From contig OZ242260.1 in NCBI GenBank assembly GCA_965207065.1, forward strand, positions 640,001 through 704,000: DNA of 64,000 nucleotides, given 5' to 3'. Origin of the DNA: a bacterium. GTDB taxonomy: Bacteria > UBA8248. Positions 37,847 to 47,398 of this stretch are shown one piece after another (within the stretch, counting starts at the first letter, position 1; each line of letters opens with the position of its first letter). The notes below the pieces were generated by a model. The model saw only the letters and a program-made list of their open reading frames with translations, was not told the origin of the DNA and searched no databases. The translations under genes were made by a program, and so were the position numbers.

Positions 37847-39067
37847 ATGTCTGGTCTTGGAAAAAAAATGTTTGTCGCCGCAGTCATGTCTCTGGCGCTC
37901 GCGTCATACGGCGCGTCCACTTCGTTCGCGGCGAAAACCATCAAGATAGGCGTCCTCTCTCCACTGACGGGCCTCTACTCCATCGTGGGGAAACGGACGA
38001 GCCAGGGCATCAACATGGCCGTCAAGGAGATCAACGACGCGGGCGGCGTCCTGGGCCACAAGTTCGAGGCGCTGATCCGCGACTCCGAGACCAACCCGGC
38101 GAGTTCAGTGCGCACGGCGAGGCGCCTGATCCTGCGCGACAAGGTCTTCGCCCTGCTCGGCCCGCTGCACGGGGGAGCGGCCATCGCCGTCCTGCAGGAA
38201 TCGAAAAAGCTCAAGACGATGAACTTCCCCTGGGCTGCGACCGAGGAGATCAACACGAAATTCTGCAGCCGCTACACCTGGCGCGTGGGCAGCAGCGCGC
38301 AGCAGACCTCCCGCGCGGGCGCCGTCATCGCCCACCGGCTGGGCCTGAAGAAGTGGGCGACGATATCTTCTGATTTCTCATACGGCCGCTCCGTCGTCCG
38401 GCAGTTCTGGAACTACCTCAAGGAACGCGACCCGGGCGCGAAACGCCCCTATGCGGCCTGGCCGAAGCTGGGCGAGAACGATTACTCCGCCTACATCAAC
38501 AAGATGCAGAAAGCGAAGCCCGACGCCATCTTCGTCGGCCTGTTCGGGGCCGACCTCATCAAGTTCATGAAGCAGGCCCGCTCTTTCGGCATGTACGAGA
38601 AGGTGAAGATTTTCACCGATTTCGGCGGCAACCACGTCGTGCTCAAGGCGCTCGGGGATCAGGCGCCGTTCGGCCACTGGGCGAGTTCGCGCTATCTGCA
38701 CAACTATCCGGTTTCCGCGGGCAACAAGCGCTTCGTGGACAACTTCCGCAAGGCGTACAACGTCTATCCGGACATGACGGCCGGCGAGGCGTACTCGACC
38801 GTCCACGTCATTGCGGAATCCATCCGCCGCGCGGGCGCCGTGGACAAGGAGAAGGCGATTGACGCCATGGGCGGGGTCGCCTTCAACTCGCCCGAGGGAT
38901 GGATCATCATGCGCCCCTCCGACCACCAGGGCTGGCAGTCCAGCTTCTGGGGCGTGATTTCAAAGAGCAAGAAGTATCCTTTCCCGATCCTCTCGAACAT
39001 TCAGGTGATCTCTCCCGTCGAGGGTTCACACCCCGACGAGAGCACGGGCCAGGGCTGCCGGAAATAA
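37847..39067 (+). CDS. branched-chain amino acid-type ABC substrate-binding protein
   Basis: IKIGVLSPLTG, EINDAGGVLG, DFSYG. Confidence 0.9.
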   Translation: MSGLGKKMFVAAVMSLALASYGASTSFAAKTIKIGVLSPLTGLYSIVGKRTSQGINMAVKEINDAGGVLGHKFEALIRDSETNPASSVRTARRLILRDKVFALLGPLHGGAAIAVLQESKKLKTMNFPWAATEEINTKFCSRYTWRVGSSAQQTSRAGAVIAHRLGLKKWATISSDFSYGRSVVRQFWNYLKERDPGAKRPYAAWPKLGENDYSAYINKMQKAKPDAIFVGLFGADLIKFMKQARSFGMYEKVKIFTDFGGNHVVLKALGDQAPFGHWASSRYLHNYPVSAGNKRFVDNFRKAYNVYPDMTAGEAYSTVHVIAESIRRAGAVDKEKAIDAMGGVAFNSPEGWIIMRPSDHQGWQSSFWGVISKSKKYPFPILSNIQVISPVEGSHPDESTGQGCRK

Positions 39068-39143
39068 ATATCGCGCGTGAAGCCACAGGCGCCCCGGGGA
39101 GTTTCCGGGGCGTCGTTTCACTCTTTTCGGGAGGCCCGGGCGC

Positions 39144-40025
39144 ATGGAATTGGACGTCAGTTTCTGGTTGACCCAGTTCCTGAACGGGTTGGCCAATGCG
39201 ATGGTTCTCTTCCTGATCGCCTCAGGCCTGACGATTCTCCTGGGCGTGCTGGGCGTCCTGAATCTGGCCCATGGCTCGTTCTACATGCTGGGCGCTTTTC
39301 TGATTTTCTCAAGCTCGATCATCAAGAACCCGAGCTGGTTCTGGGTGGGCCTGCTCCTGGCGCCCCTCGTGGTGGCGGGGTTCGGGACCATCATCGAAGC
39401 GTTCTGCCTGCGCCCGCTCTATGGCCGTGAAAGACTCTACACCCTGCTGCTGACATACGGCTTCACGCTCATTCTCGACGACCTGGTTCTGCTGATCTGG
39501 GGCCGGGATTACAAGTCCGTACCCATCCCCGCGCTGTTCGAGGGACGGCTCACCATCGGGGATTTCAGTTACCCCGTGTATTTTCTCTTCATCATCGCGG
39601 TCGGCCCGCTGTTGGGCGTTTTCCTGTGGTTCATTCTGAACAAGACGAATTTCGGGAAACTCATCCGCGCCGCAGCCACGGACAGCGAGATGCTGGACGC
39701 CCTGGGGGTGAACGTGAACCGGGTGTTCACCGGCGTATTCGCCCTGGGCGCCTGGCTCGCGAGCCTGGGCGGCATTCTGGCGGCGCCGATGCGGAGCGTC
39801 GAGCCCGGCATGGGGGTGGAGATCATCATCGAATCGTTCATCGTCGTCATCATCGGGGGGATGGGAAGTTACCTGGGCGCGTTCGTGGGCGCGGTGCTCA
39901 TCGGGATGCTCAAGGCGTTCGGCATCGAGATACTCGAGAATTTCGCGATGATATTCATCTACGCCCTCGTATTGCCGATTCTGATCCTGAGACCCCGCGG
40001 TCTGTTCGGCGAAACGACGATATAG
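39144..40025 (+). CDS. LivH-like ABC permease
   Basis: GLTILLG..NLAHG, FGKLIRA, IIGGMGS, RPRGLFG. Confidence 0.9.
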   Translation: MELDVSFWLTQFLNGLANAMVLFLIASGLTILLGVLGVLNLAHGSFYMLGAFLIFSSSIIKNPSWFWVGLLLAPLVVAGFGTIIEAFCLRPLYGRERLYTLLLTYGFTLILDDLVLLIWGRDYKSVPIPALFEGRLTIGDFSYPVYFLFIIAVGPLLGVFLWFILNKTNFGKLIRAAATDSEMLDALGVNVNRVFTGVFALGAWLASLGGILAAPMRSVEPGMGVEIIIESFIVVIIGGMGSYLGAFVGAVLIGMLKAFGIEILENFAMIFIYALVLPILILRPRGLFGETTI

Positions 40026-40041
40026 GGGCGCGAGAAGACCT

Positions 40042-41070
40042 ATGGAAAGTACATCGGGCAAGAAATCATTATTGAGCCGCCTCATGGAGCGCATCCCCAA
40101 CCGCTTCGGCGTCACGGTCCTGCTCGCCCTGGCCGTTCTCGCGCCTTTCCTGGTGCAGAACGATTATTACATCCAGCTTTGCACGGAAATCCTCATCGCG
40201 AGCCTGCTCGCCATCAGCCTGAATTTTCTCATCGGCTTCACCGGTCTCGTCTCCCTGGGCCACGCGGTGTACCTGGGCGTCGGCGCCTACGCCTTCGCCC
40301 TGCTGACGAAGAACGTGTATCCCTCCATGTGGGCCGGCTTGATAGCGGCGGGCGCGTCGTGCGCCCTTCTCGCCTGGTTCATGGGCGTTTTCTGCGTACG
40401 CCTGGCGGGGCTGTATTTCGCCATGCTGACGCTCGCGTTCTCTCAAGTCGTCTACACCGTCGCCTACTACTGGCGCGACGTCACCGGCGGGGACGACGGG
40501 ATGCTCGGCATCCCGAAGCCCGAGATAGGTGTTCCGGGCGTCTTCAGCATTTCCCTGGAATCGTTCACGAACTTTTATTATTTCGTGCTGATCATCGTGG
40601 CGGCCTTGATATTTCTCGCGTGGAAGATCGCCAACTCCCCTTTCGGCAGGGTTTTGCAGGCGATTCGGGAGAATCCCGAGCGCGTGGAGTTCATCGGCCT
40701 GCCCGTGCACAGGTACAAACTGTACGCCTTCATCATCGCAGGCACCCTCGGCGGTTTCGCGGGCGGCCTCTACTCGACATTTCAGGGCTATATCTCACCC
40801 GACCTGCTCTACTGGACCCAATCGGGCGAGATCGTACTGATGACGATCCTGGGCGGCATGTATTCTTTCTTAGGACCCGCATTCGGCGCGGGGATGCTCC
40901 TGTTCATCCGGGACACGGTGTTGAATTTCATGGAGTACTGGAGAATCGTCGTCGGCGGCATTCTGGTGCTCCTGGTCCTGTTCCTCCCCGGCGGAATCCT
41001 GGGATTCTTCGAGGAGTGGGCCTCCCGATTATCGATTGGCGGAAACGATGGCGACGACGCCCGTTCTTGA
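40042..41070 (+). CDS. LivM-like ABC permease
   Basis: GFTGLVSLGHA, YFAMLTLAF, TGGDDG, SPFGRVLQAIREN. Confidence 0.9.
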   Translation: MESTSGKKSLLSRLMERIPNRFGVTVLLALAVLAPFLVQNDYYIQLCTEILIASLLAISLNFLIGFTGLVSLGHAVYLGVGAYAFALLTKNVYPSMWAGLIAAGASCALLAWFMGVFCVRLAGLYFAMLTLAFSQVVYTVAYYWRDVTGGDDGMLGIPKPEIGVPGVFSISLESFTNFYYFVLIIVAALIFLAWKIANSPFGRVLQAIRENPERVEFIGLPVHRYKLYAFIIAGTLGGFAGGLYSTFQGYISPDLLYWTQSGEIVLMTILGGMYSFLGPAFGAGMLLFIRDTVLNFMEYWRIVVGGILVLLVLFLPGGILGFFEEWASRLSIGGNDGDDARS

Positions 41071-41800
41071 GACCAAGGCTCTCACCAAGTCGTTCGGTTC
41101 GCTCCTGGCGGTGAACGAGGTGGACTTTCAGGTCCCGGAGGGGGAGTTGTGCGCCGTCATAGGCCCCAACGGAGCGGGGAAGACCACCTTCTTCAACCTG
41201 ATCTCGGGGAGGCTCGAACCCACGTCCGGCGGCGTTTTCTTCGAGGGGGAGGACATCACCGGGTATCCTCCGCACGCGGTGGTGAAAAAAGGGGTGGGCC
41301 GTTCTTTTCAGATCACGAACATATTTCCCAGGCTTTCGGTTCTGGACAACGTGCGCATCGCCGTCTTGGCGAGACGGGGAAAGACGCTGGACATGTTCTC
41401 CCCCATCGAGAAGCACACCGAAGAGCAGGAGGAGGCGCTTTCGATCCTCGGCGAGGTGGAACTCGAACACAAGGCGAATCACCCGACCACGGAACTGGGC
41501 CACGGGGAGCGGAGAAACCTGGAACTCGGCATCACGCTGGCGCTGGAGCCCCGCTTGATCCTGCTCGATGAGCCGACGGCCGGCATGTCGATCGAGGAGA
41601 CGTCGAACACGATAGATCTCGTGAAAAAGATATCCAGCGATAAAACGGTCGTCTTCACCGAGCATGACATGAGCGTGGTTTTCTCGATCGCCGATCGCAT
41701 ATCCGTTCTGCATCAGGGAAGCATCATCGCCGAGGGAACGCCGGATGAGATTCGAAACGACGACCTCGTCCGCCTCGCCTACCTGGGGGAAGAGGTGTGA
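41048..41800 (+). CDS. LivG-like ABC ATPase
   Basis: GPNGAGKTT, RSFQI, LLDEPTAG, EHDM, AYLG. Confidence 0.92.
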   Translation: MATTPVLETKALTKSFGSLLAVNEVDFQVPEGELCAVIGPNGAGKTTFFNLISGRLEPTSGGVFFEGEDITGYPPHAVVKKGVGRSFQITNIFPRLSVLDNVRIAVLARRGKTLDMFSPIEKHTEEQEEALSILGEVELEHKANHPTTELGHGERRNLELGITLALEPRLILLDEPTAGMSIEETSNTIDLVKKISSDKTVVFTEHDMSVVFSIADRISVLHQGSIIAEGTPDEIRNDDLVRLAYLGEEV

Positions 41801-42498
41801 TTCTCAGCGTCGAGAAAATAAACACGTTCTATGGGGACAGCCATATTCTGTTCGACGTGGATATGAGTATCGCCGAGGGAGAGGTGGTGAGCCTCCTCGG
41901 CAGGAACGGCGCGGGAAAGACGACGACGCTCCGCTCCATCATGGGGCTGACGTCCCCGCGGGCGGGGAGCGTGTGCTGGCTGGGCGAGGAGGTGCAGCGC
42001 CTGAAACCTCACGAGATTGCGAGAAAAGGGGTAGGTTTCGTGCCCGAGGACAGGAGGATATTCTCCCGTCTGAGCGTGGAAGAAAACCTTGAGATAGGCG
42101 CTTTCAAGCTGGAGGGGCCAAGCGGCTGGACACTCGAGCGGATATATGGTCTTTTCCCCAAGCTTGAGCAATTGAAAGCCCACAAGGGGAACGAGCTCAG
42201 CGGCGGTGAGCAGCAGATGCTGGCCATCGCCCGCGCGTTGATGGGGGCGCCCAAGCTCGTTCTGCTCGACGAACCCTCGGAAGGCCTCGCGCCGGCCATC
42301 GTGAAAGACGTGGGCGAGATGATCGGCAGGCTCAAGGACGAGGGAATCGCCGTATTGCTTGTGGAGCAGAACACCCGCTTTGCCTGCCGGCTCTCCGATC
42401 GCGTCTACATCATCGACAACGGCAGGGTGCGTTTCGGTGGCACGGTGGCGCAGCTCGAAGCGGATGAGGAACTGAAATCGCGCTACCTGGCCGTTTGA
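41797..42498 (+). CDS. LivF-like ABC ATPase
   Basis: GRNGAGKTT, LSGGEQQM, LDEPSEGLAP, VEQN. Confidence 0.92.
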   Translation: MILSVEKINTFYGDSHILFDVDMSIAEGEVVSLLGRNGAGKTTTLRSIMGLTSPRAGSVCWLGEEVQRLKPHEIARKGVGFVPEDRRIFSRLSVEENLEIGAFKLEGPSGWTLERIYGLFPKLEQLKAHKGNELSGGEQQMLAIARALMGAPKLVLLDEPSEGLAPAIVKDVGEMIGRLKDEGIAVLLVEQNTRFACRLSDRVYIIDNGRVRFGGTVAQLEADEELKSRYLAV

Positions 42499-42538
42499 TT
42501 TTTTCTTTTTCCATTAATGGAGACGAGGAGGATTCTGT

Positions 42539-43546
42539 ATGAACTCCCGTGTTGAATTCGGTTTGATCATGGCCCTGACCATCCGTGGGCTCGCCGTCGG
42601 TAACTTCGAGGACATGAAATCGGTGGCCCGGGAGGCGGAGAGGCTGGATTTCGATTCGGTATGGCTCTGCGACCACTTCCTGACGCTCGACCCGAGTTCG
42701 TACGCCAAAGACGCCGGCTTCGAGGATGACAGGGACTCGGAAGGCGTCGGCTCGGGCTCCATCCCCCTGCTCGAAACCTGGACGGCGCTCAGCGCCCTGT
42801 CTCAAGTGACGAGCAAACTCCGCCTGGGCACCAGCGTCCTCAGCAACTCCTACCGCATCCCCTCGGTGCTGGCGAAGATGGGCGCGACGCTGGACCATAT
42901 CAGCGGCGGGCGGCTCGAGCTGGGCCTCGGCGCGGGCTGGATGCAGGAGGAGTACGAAGCCTACGGCATCCCCTTCCCGAGGGCTTCGGTCCGCATCGCC
43001 CAGATGGAAGAGGCGGTTCAGCTGATCCGCAAGATATGGACGGAGCCCAACCCCACGTTCGAGGGGGAGCACTACACGATAAAAGGCGCGGTGTGCGATC
43101 CCCCGCCGGTTCAGAAGCCCTCGCCCCCGATTTGGATCGGCGGGGAGGGAAAGAAAGTCCTTCGCGCCGCGGCGAGGCATGCCGATGGATTCAACGTGCG
43201 CTGGTGGCCGCCGGAGCGCTATCTCGAACGAAAAGACGAGATCGACGCCAACTGCGCAGAGGCGGGCCGCGACCCCGAAGCGTTCCGGCGCTCCTTGATG
43301 TGCCTGCTTTTGCCGAGCCATGACCGCACGAGGGTCGAGGCCGAAAAAAAGCGATTTGCCGCCATTCCTCAAACGGGTATAATCGCGGGCGAACCCAAGG
43401 AATGCGTGGAAAAAATGATGGAATACGTCGACGCGGGCGTCAGGCATTTTCTGTATACGATCCCCGACGTCGCCGACATGGATATGCTTCGCCTCGCGGG
43501 AGAAGAGATTCTTCCCGAGGTCAGGAATCTGTCGAACGGGGGCTGA
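42539..43546 (+). CDS. LLM-class (luciferase-like) flavin/F420-dependent oxidoreductase
   Basis: FDSVWLCDH, LAKMGATLDHISGGRLELGLGAGW, PPIWIGG, AARHADG. Confidence 0.9.
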   Translation: MNSRVEFGLIMALTIRGLAVGNFEDMKSVAREAERLDFDSVWLCDHFLTLDPSSYAKDAGFEDDRDSEGVGSGSIPLLETWTALSALSQVTSKLRLGTSVLSNSYRIPSVLAKMGATLDHISGGRLELGLGAGWMQEEYEAYGIPFPRASVRIAQMEEAVQLIRKIWTEPNPTFEGEHYTIKGAVCDPPPVQKPSPPIWIGGEGKKVLRAAARHADGFNVRWWPPERYLERKDEIDANCAEAGRDPEAFRRSLMCLLLPSHDRTRVEAEKKRFAAIPQTGIIAGEPKECVEKMMEYVDAGVRHFLYTIPDVADMDMLRLAGEEILPEVRNLSNGG

Positions 43547-43575
43547 GGCCCTCTTATAAGCAGGGAGATTTTCCA

Positions 43576-44265
43576 ATGAACGAACACCAGGAAATGGCCG
43601 ATTATCTGAAACCCACCGAATTCATCGATTCGGACAATCCCGACATCGTCTCGAAAGCCGAAGAACTCACCGAAGGCTGCGCGGACGAGAAGGAAAAACT
43701 CGGCAACATCTATTACTTCGTCCGGGATTTTCCCTACGACATTCTCGACTCGTTCCGCTACCTCGCGGAGGGAAAACGCCAGGCGAGCGACGTGCTGAAC
43801 AACGGCAAGGCGTTCTGCATGGGCAAGGCCAGCATGTTCGCCGCCCTGTGCCGGGCGTCGGGCATCCCCTCGCGCATCGGCTTCCAGCAGCTTCATTGCC
43901 CCGACAAGCCATTCATGAACGAGGAGGTCGCCAAGATATGGGGCGACCGCAAGCTGCCGTGGCACTCGCTGGGTGAGGCGTATCTCGACGGCAAGTGGCT
44001 CAAGCTCGACGCCACAATAGACAAGGAATTCGCCGCGCGGAAAGGGCGGGTATATTCCCAGGAGTTCGACGGCGTAAGCGACATTCCCTCCGTGGAAGGC
44101 CCCCTCATCAAGGACCTCCCCAGCCACACGGACTACCCCAAAGACGTGGCCGACTGGTATGAGCAGGTCGCCAAGGACGTGGTCTCTTCCGTCGAGGAAG
44201 ACGTGGTCCACAAGGACGTTCTCAGCGATCAGGAATGGTCCGGCCCGGAGGCCGAGAAACTGTAG
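43576..44265 (+). CDS. transglutaminase-like domain protein
   Basis: YLKPTEFID, FVRD, C-H-D triad (AFCMGKA, WHSLGE, LDAT); ATG 43576 follows GGAG. Confidence 0.85.
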   Translation: MNEHQEMADYLKPTEFIDSDNPDIVSKAEELTEGCADEKEKLGNIYYFVRDFPYDILDSFRYLAEGKRQASDVLNNGKAFCMGKASMFAALCRASGIPSRIGFQQLHCPDKPFMNEEVAKIWGDRKLPWHSLGEAYLDGKWLKLDATIDKEFAARKGRVYSQEFDGVSDIPSVEGPLIKDLPSHTDYPKDVADWYEQVAKDVVSSVEEDVVHKDVLSDQEWSGPEAEKL

Positions 44266-44325
44266 AGCCGGGCCGCCTCTGCGGGCTGCTTGGCCGATAT
44301 ATTCGTTCAACCAAAGGAGTTTTTG

Positions 44326-45834
44326 ATGTCAGGTAGCCTTGTGAAGGTAACCGAGTTTCCCCTCACCCAGGAGGTGGAACAGCAATTCATCGACGGCGCC
44401 TGGGTGAAAGGCGAACGCGGCGATCCGATAGACGTGCTCAATCCCTCGAACAACGAGACGATTTTCCAGTTGTTCCCCGCTTCTGACGCGCAGGTAGACG
44501 AAGCCGTCGCCTCCTGCTGGCGGGCGTTTCATGACCCGTCCTGGAAGAAGATGCCCGCGCTAGAGCGCGGAAAACTGATAACGAAACTCGCAGGCCTGAT
44601 GCGCGAAAACGCGGAAACCCTCGCGAGACTGGAAGCAATCAACACGGGCATCCCCATCAAGGAGAGCCGCCTGGAATCCGCCTCCTCCGCGCGTCATTTC
44701 GAGTATTTCGCCGGGTGGGCCGGCAAGGTGGAAGGCAGCGCGCTGCCCCTCATGAACGATCGCCTCATGTATTCGACGAGAGAACCCCTGGGCGTCGTGG
44801 CCATCATCGTTCCCTGGAACACCCCGCTCAAGCTCATGTCCAGGGGTCTGGCCGCCGCTCTGGCTTGCGGCAACACTGTGGTCATCAAGCCCTCCGCCGT
44901 CGCCCTCGCCTCGGTGCTCTATTTCGGAAAACTGGTCGAAGAGGCCGGGTTCCCGCCGGGGGTGATCAACATCGTCGCGGGTTCGGGGCGCTCGACGGGC
45001 GCGAAGCTCGTGGGCCATCCCGACATCAGAAAAATCGTCTTCACCGGCGGCACGGAAGGCGGCCTGGAAGTCCTCGGACTCGCCGCCGCGAACGTGACGC
45101 CCGTGCTGGCGGAGCTTGGCGGCAAAGGCCCCATCATCGTTTGTGAAGACGCCGACCTGGATGAGGCCGCCGACGGCGTCATGAGCCAGGTGTTCGCCCG
45201 CCAGGGCGAGGTATGCTTCGCCGGAACCCGCCTGTTCCTCCCGCCATCCATCCACGATGCGTTTGTCGAGAAGATCAAAGATCGCGTCGAGGGGATAAAC
45301 GTGGGCGACGCCATGGATGAAGAGACGGATATGGGGCCGCTCATCTCTCCCGATCATCTCGCCGACGTCGTCGGTTACGTCGAATCGGCGCTCGGTGATG
45401 GTGCCAGCGTCGCCTGCGGGGGAGACCGCGCAAAGCCCGAAGGGGGGCCGGACGGGAACTTCATGCAGCCCACGGTGCTCACGGGCGTAAACCAGGGAAT
45501 GAAGGCGGCGTGCGATGAGATTTTCGGCCCCGTTCTCACCGTGCACGAATACGACTCTCTCGACGATGCGGTCAGGGACGCCAACGCCACGGACTTCGGG
45601 TTGGCGAGTTACGTCTGGACGAGCGACCTGCGCCGGGCGCATCGGCTCGCTCAGGATCTTGACAGCGGAAACGTGTTCATCAACACCTACCGCTACGGCT
45701 CGGAAATCCCCTTCGGCGGCGTGAAGAAAAGCGGCATCGGCAGGGAGCATGGCGAGGAGGCGCTGCGTGAATACACCGAGGTGAAAAGCGTCTGCATCGG
45801 CCTTTCGAGATGGCATTCCTGGAATCGGGACTAA
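44326..45834 (+). CDS. aldehyde dehydrogenase
   Basis: PWN, FTGG, ELGGK, QGEVC, EIFGPV, PFGGVKKSG. Confidence 0.92.
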   Translation: MSGSLVKVTEFPLTQEVEQQFIDGAWVKGERGDPIDVLNPSNNETIFQLFPASDAQVDEAVASCWRAFHDPSWKKMPALERGKLITKLAGLMRENAETLARLEAINTGIPIKESRLESASSARHFEYFAGWAGKVEGSALPLMNDRLMYSTREPLGVVAIIVPWNTPLKLMSRGLAAALACGNTVVIKPSAVALASVLYFGKLVEEAGFPPGVINIVAGSGRSTGAKLVGHPDIRKIVFTGGTEGGLEVLGLAAANVTPVLAELGGKGPIIVCEDADLDEAADGVMSQVFARQGEVCFAGTRLFLPPSIHDAFVEKIKDRVEGINVGDAMDEETDMGPLISPDHLADVVGYVESALGDGASVACGGDRAKPEGGPDGNFMQPTVLTGVNQGMKAACDEIFGPVLTVHEYDSLDDAVRDANATDFGLASYVWTSDLRRAHRLAQDLDSGNVFINTYRYGSEIPFGGVKKSGIGREHGEEALREYTEVKSVCIGLSRWHSWNRD

Positions 45835-45899
45835 GACGGCATCATGAAACTTGAGAATTTTCTCAACGCATTTCTAGCGCAATACAAGGAGGTAACATC

Positions 45900-46862
45900 A
45901 TGAAGAAGTTCTTGCTGGTTTTCGCACTCGCCTTCGTCGTCGCGGCGGTATCGGTTGCACCCGCCTCGGCCGCCTATCCGACGAAGCCCGTCGAGATGAC
46001 CATCACCTTCAAGCCCGGCGGCGCTGCTGACATCTCCGGCCGCACCGTGGCGAAAGCGGCCGAGAAAGTGTTCGGCCAACCCATCGTCGCCGTAAACCGG
46101 CCGGGAGCGGGCGGCACGATCGGCTTCGCCTACGTCAAGACCGCGCCTCCCACCGGATACAAGATCGGCTGGCTTTCGGCCTCGATCCTCACCGGTACGA
46201 CCATGGGGAAATTGCCCTATGACTACCGCGCATGGGATTACGTTTCCCGCCTGGTTTTCGAAGGAACCGCAATCGTCGTCCGGGCCGATTCCCCGTATAA
46301 GTCGCTGCCTGAACTCGTAAAGGCGGCCAAGTCGAAGACGCTCAAGATCGGAAGCGCCGGAGCCGGCAGCTTCACGCGGCTCACGGCATCCGCACTCGCC
46401 CAAAAGGCGGGCTTCAAGTTCCGTCACATCCCCCTGGGCAAGCGCCGCGTGCCCAGCCTGCTGGGCGGCGAGGTCGACGCGATTTCCGTCCATCCGCCCG
46501 AGGTACTGGCCCTTCACAAGGCGGGCAAAGTCCGCATGCTGGCCGTTTCCTTCCCGAAGCGCCATCCGGCCTATCCCAAGGTTCCCCTGTTCAGCGAACA
46601 CGGGTGGGACGTCGGTTTCTATCAGTTCCGTGGGCTGCACGTTCCCAAGGGAACGCCCAAAGAAGCGGTTCAAGCGCTCCACAAAGCCTTCGAGGTTGCC
46701 GCCAAGGACCCGAAAGTCCTGGCCACCGCCGAGAAGAGAGGTTTCCTGGTCTCATATATGGGTCCGGACAAGTTCCCGGCCTTCGTGGCCAAGCAGAACG
46801 CCCTGATCAAGGAGGTCGTCGTTTCGCTGGGTCTGGACAAGAAAAAGAAGATGAAGAAATAG
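45900..46862 (+). CDS. TctC/Bug substrate-binding protein
   Basis: YPTKPV..PGGAAD, NRPGAGG, LLGGEVD. Confidence 0.9.
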   Translation: MKKFLLVFALAFVVAAVSVAPASAAYPTKPVEMTITFKPGGAADISGRTVAKAAEKVFGQPIVAVNRPGAGGTIGFAYVKTAPPTGYKIGWLSASILTGTTMGKLPYDYRAWDYVSRLVFEGTAIVVRADSPYKSLPELVKAAKSKTLKIGSAGAGSFTRLTASALAQKAGFKFRHIPLGKRRVPSLLGGEVDAISVHPPEVLALHKAGKVRMLAVSFPKRHPAYPKVPLFSEHGWDVGFYQFRGLHVPKGTPKEAVQALHKAFEVAAKDPKVLATAEKRGFLVSYMGPDKFPAFVAKQNALIKEVVVSLGLDKKKKMKK

Positions 46863-46910
46863 ACTTCTGAATCGTGCCGAGGACGAAAAGCCACAAGGGA
46901 CCGGGTGTTC

Positions 46911-47396
46911 ATGGCGGAGGAGAGCAAAAAAATCAAACGCACCGTCGGACGCCTCGCCGTTCCGATTCTCCTGGTGGTTTTTTGCATCTGGTATGGTTCG
47001 ATTATTCTGGAGTTGCCCCAGGGGCCTGGAGCAGAAGGTCCCCTGGGGCCTTCTTTTGTCCCCTGGGTGTGGGCTGCGCTGCTGGTCGTCCTCACGCTGG
47101 TCGATATCGGGACGGACTACCTCGGTAAGGCGCAGGATAAAGCGCACGTCGCCATCGAGCGAAAGGGCGTTTTCGACGCCTTTACCCTCTGCCTCATGCT
47201 GGTGGGCCTGGCGCTCCTGATGCAGTATGTCGGCTTTACAGCCGCGGTCATCGCCTTTCTCGCCGTCTCCATCCGGTGGAGCGGAATCCGCTCCTGGAAA
47301 GTCATACTCCCCTACGTCGTCATCTTCGCCCTTGTGGTGAACTACGTCTTTCACCACATCCTCAAGGTGCCCCTGCCCCAGGACTGGCTCTTCTAA
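46911..47396 (+). CDS. TctB family membrane protein
   Basis: GP..VP, four TM segments, LKVPLP. Confidence 0.82.
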   Translation: MAEESKKIKRTVGRLAVPILLVVFCIWYGSIILELPQGPGAEGPLGPSFVPWVWAALLVVLTLVDIGTDYLGKAQDKAHVAIERKGVFDAFTLCLMLVGLALLMQYVGFTAAVIAFLAVSIRWSGIRSWKVILPYVVIFALVVNYVFHHILKVPLPQDWLF

Positions 47397-47398
47397 AG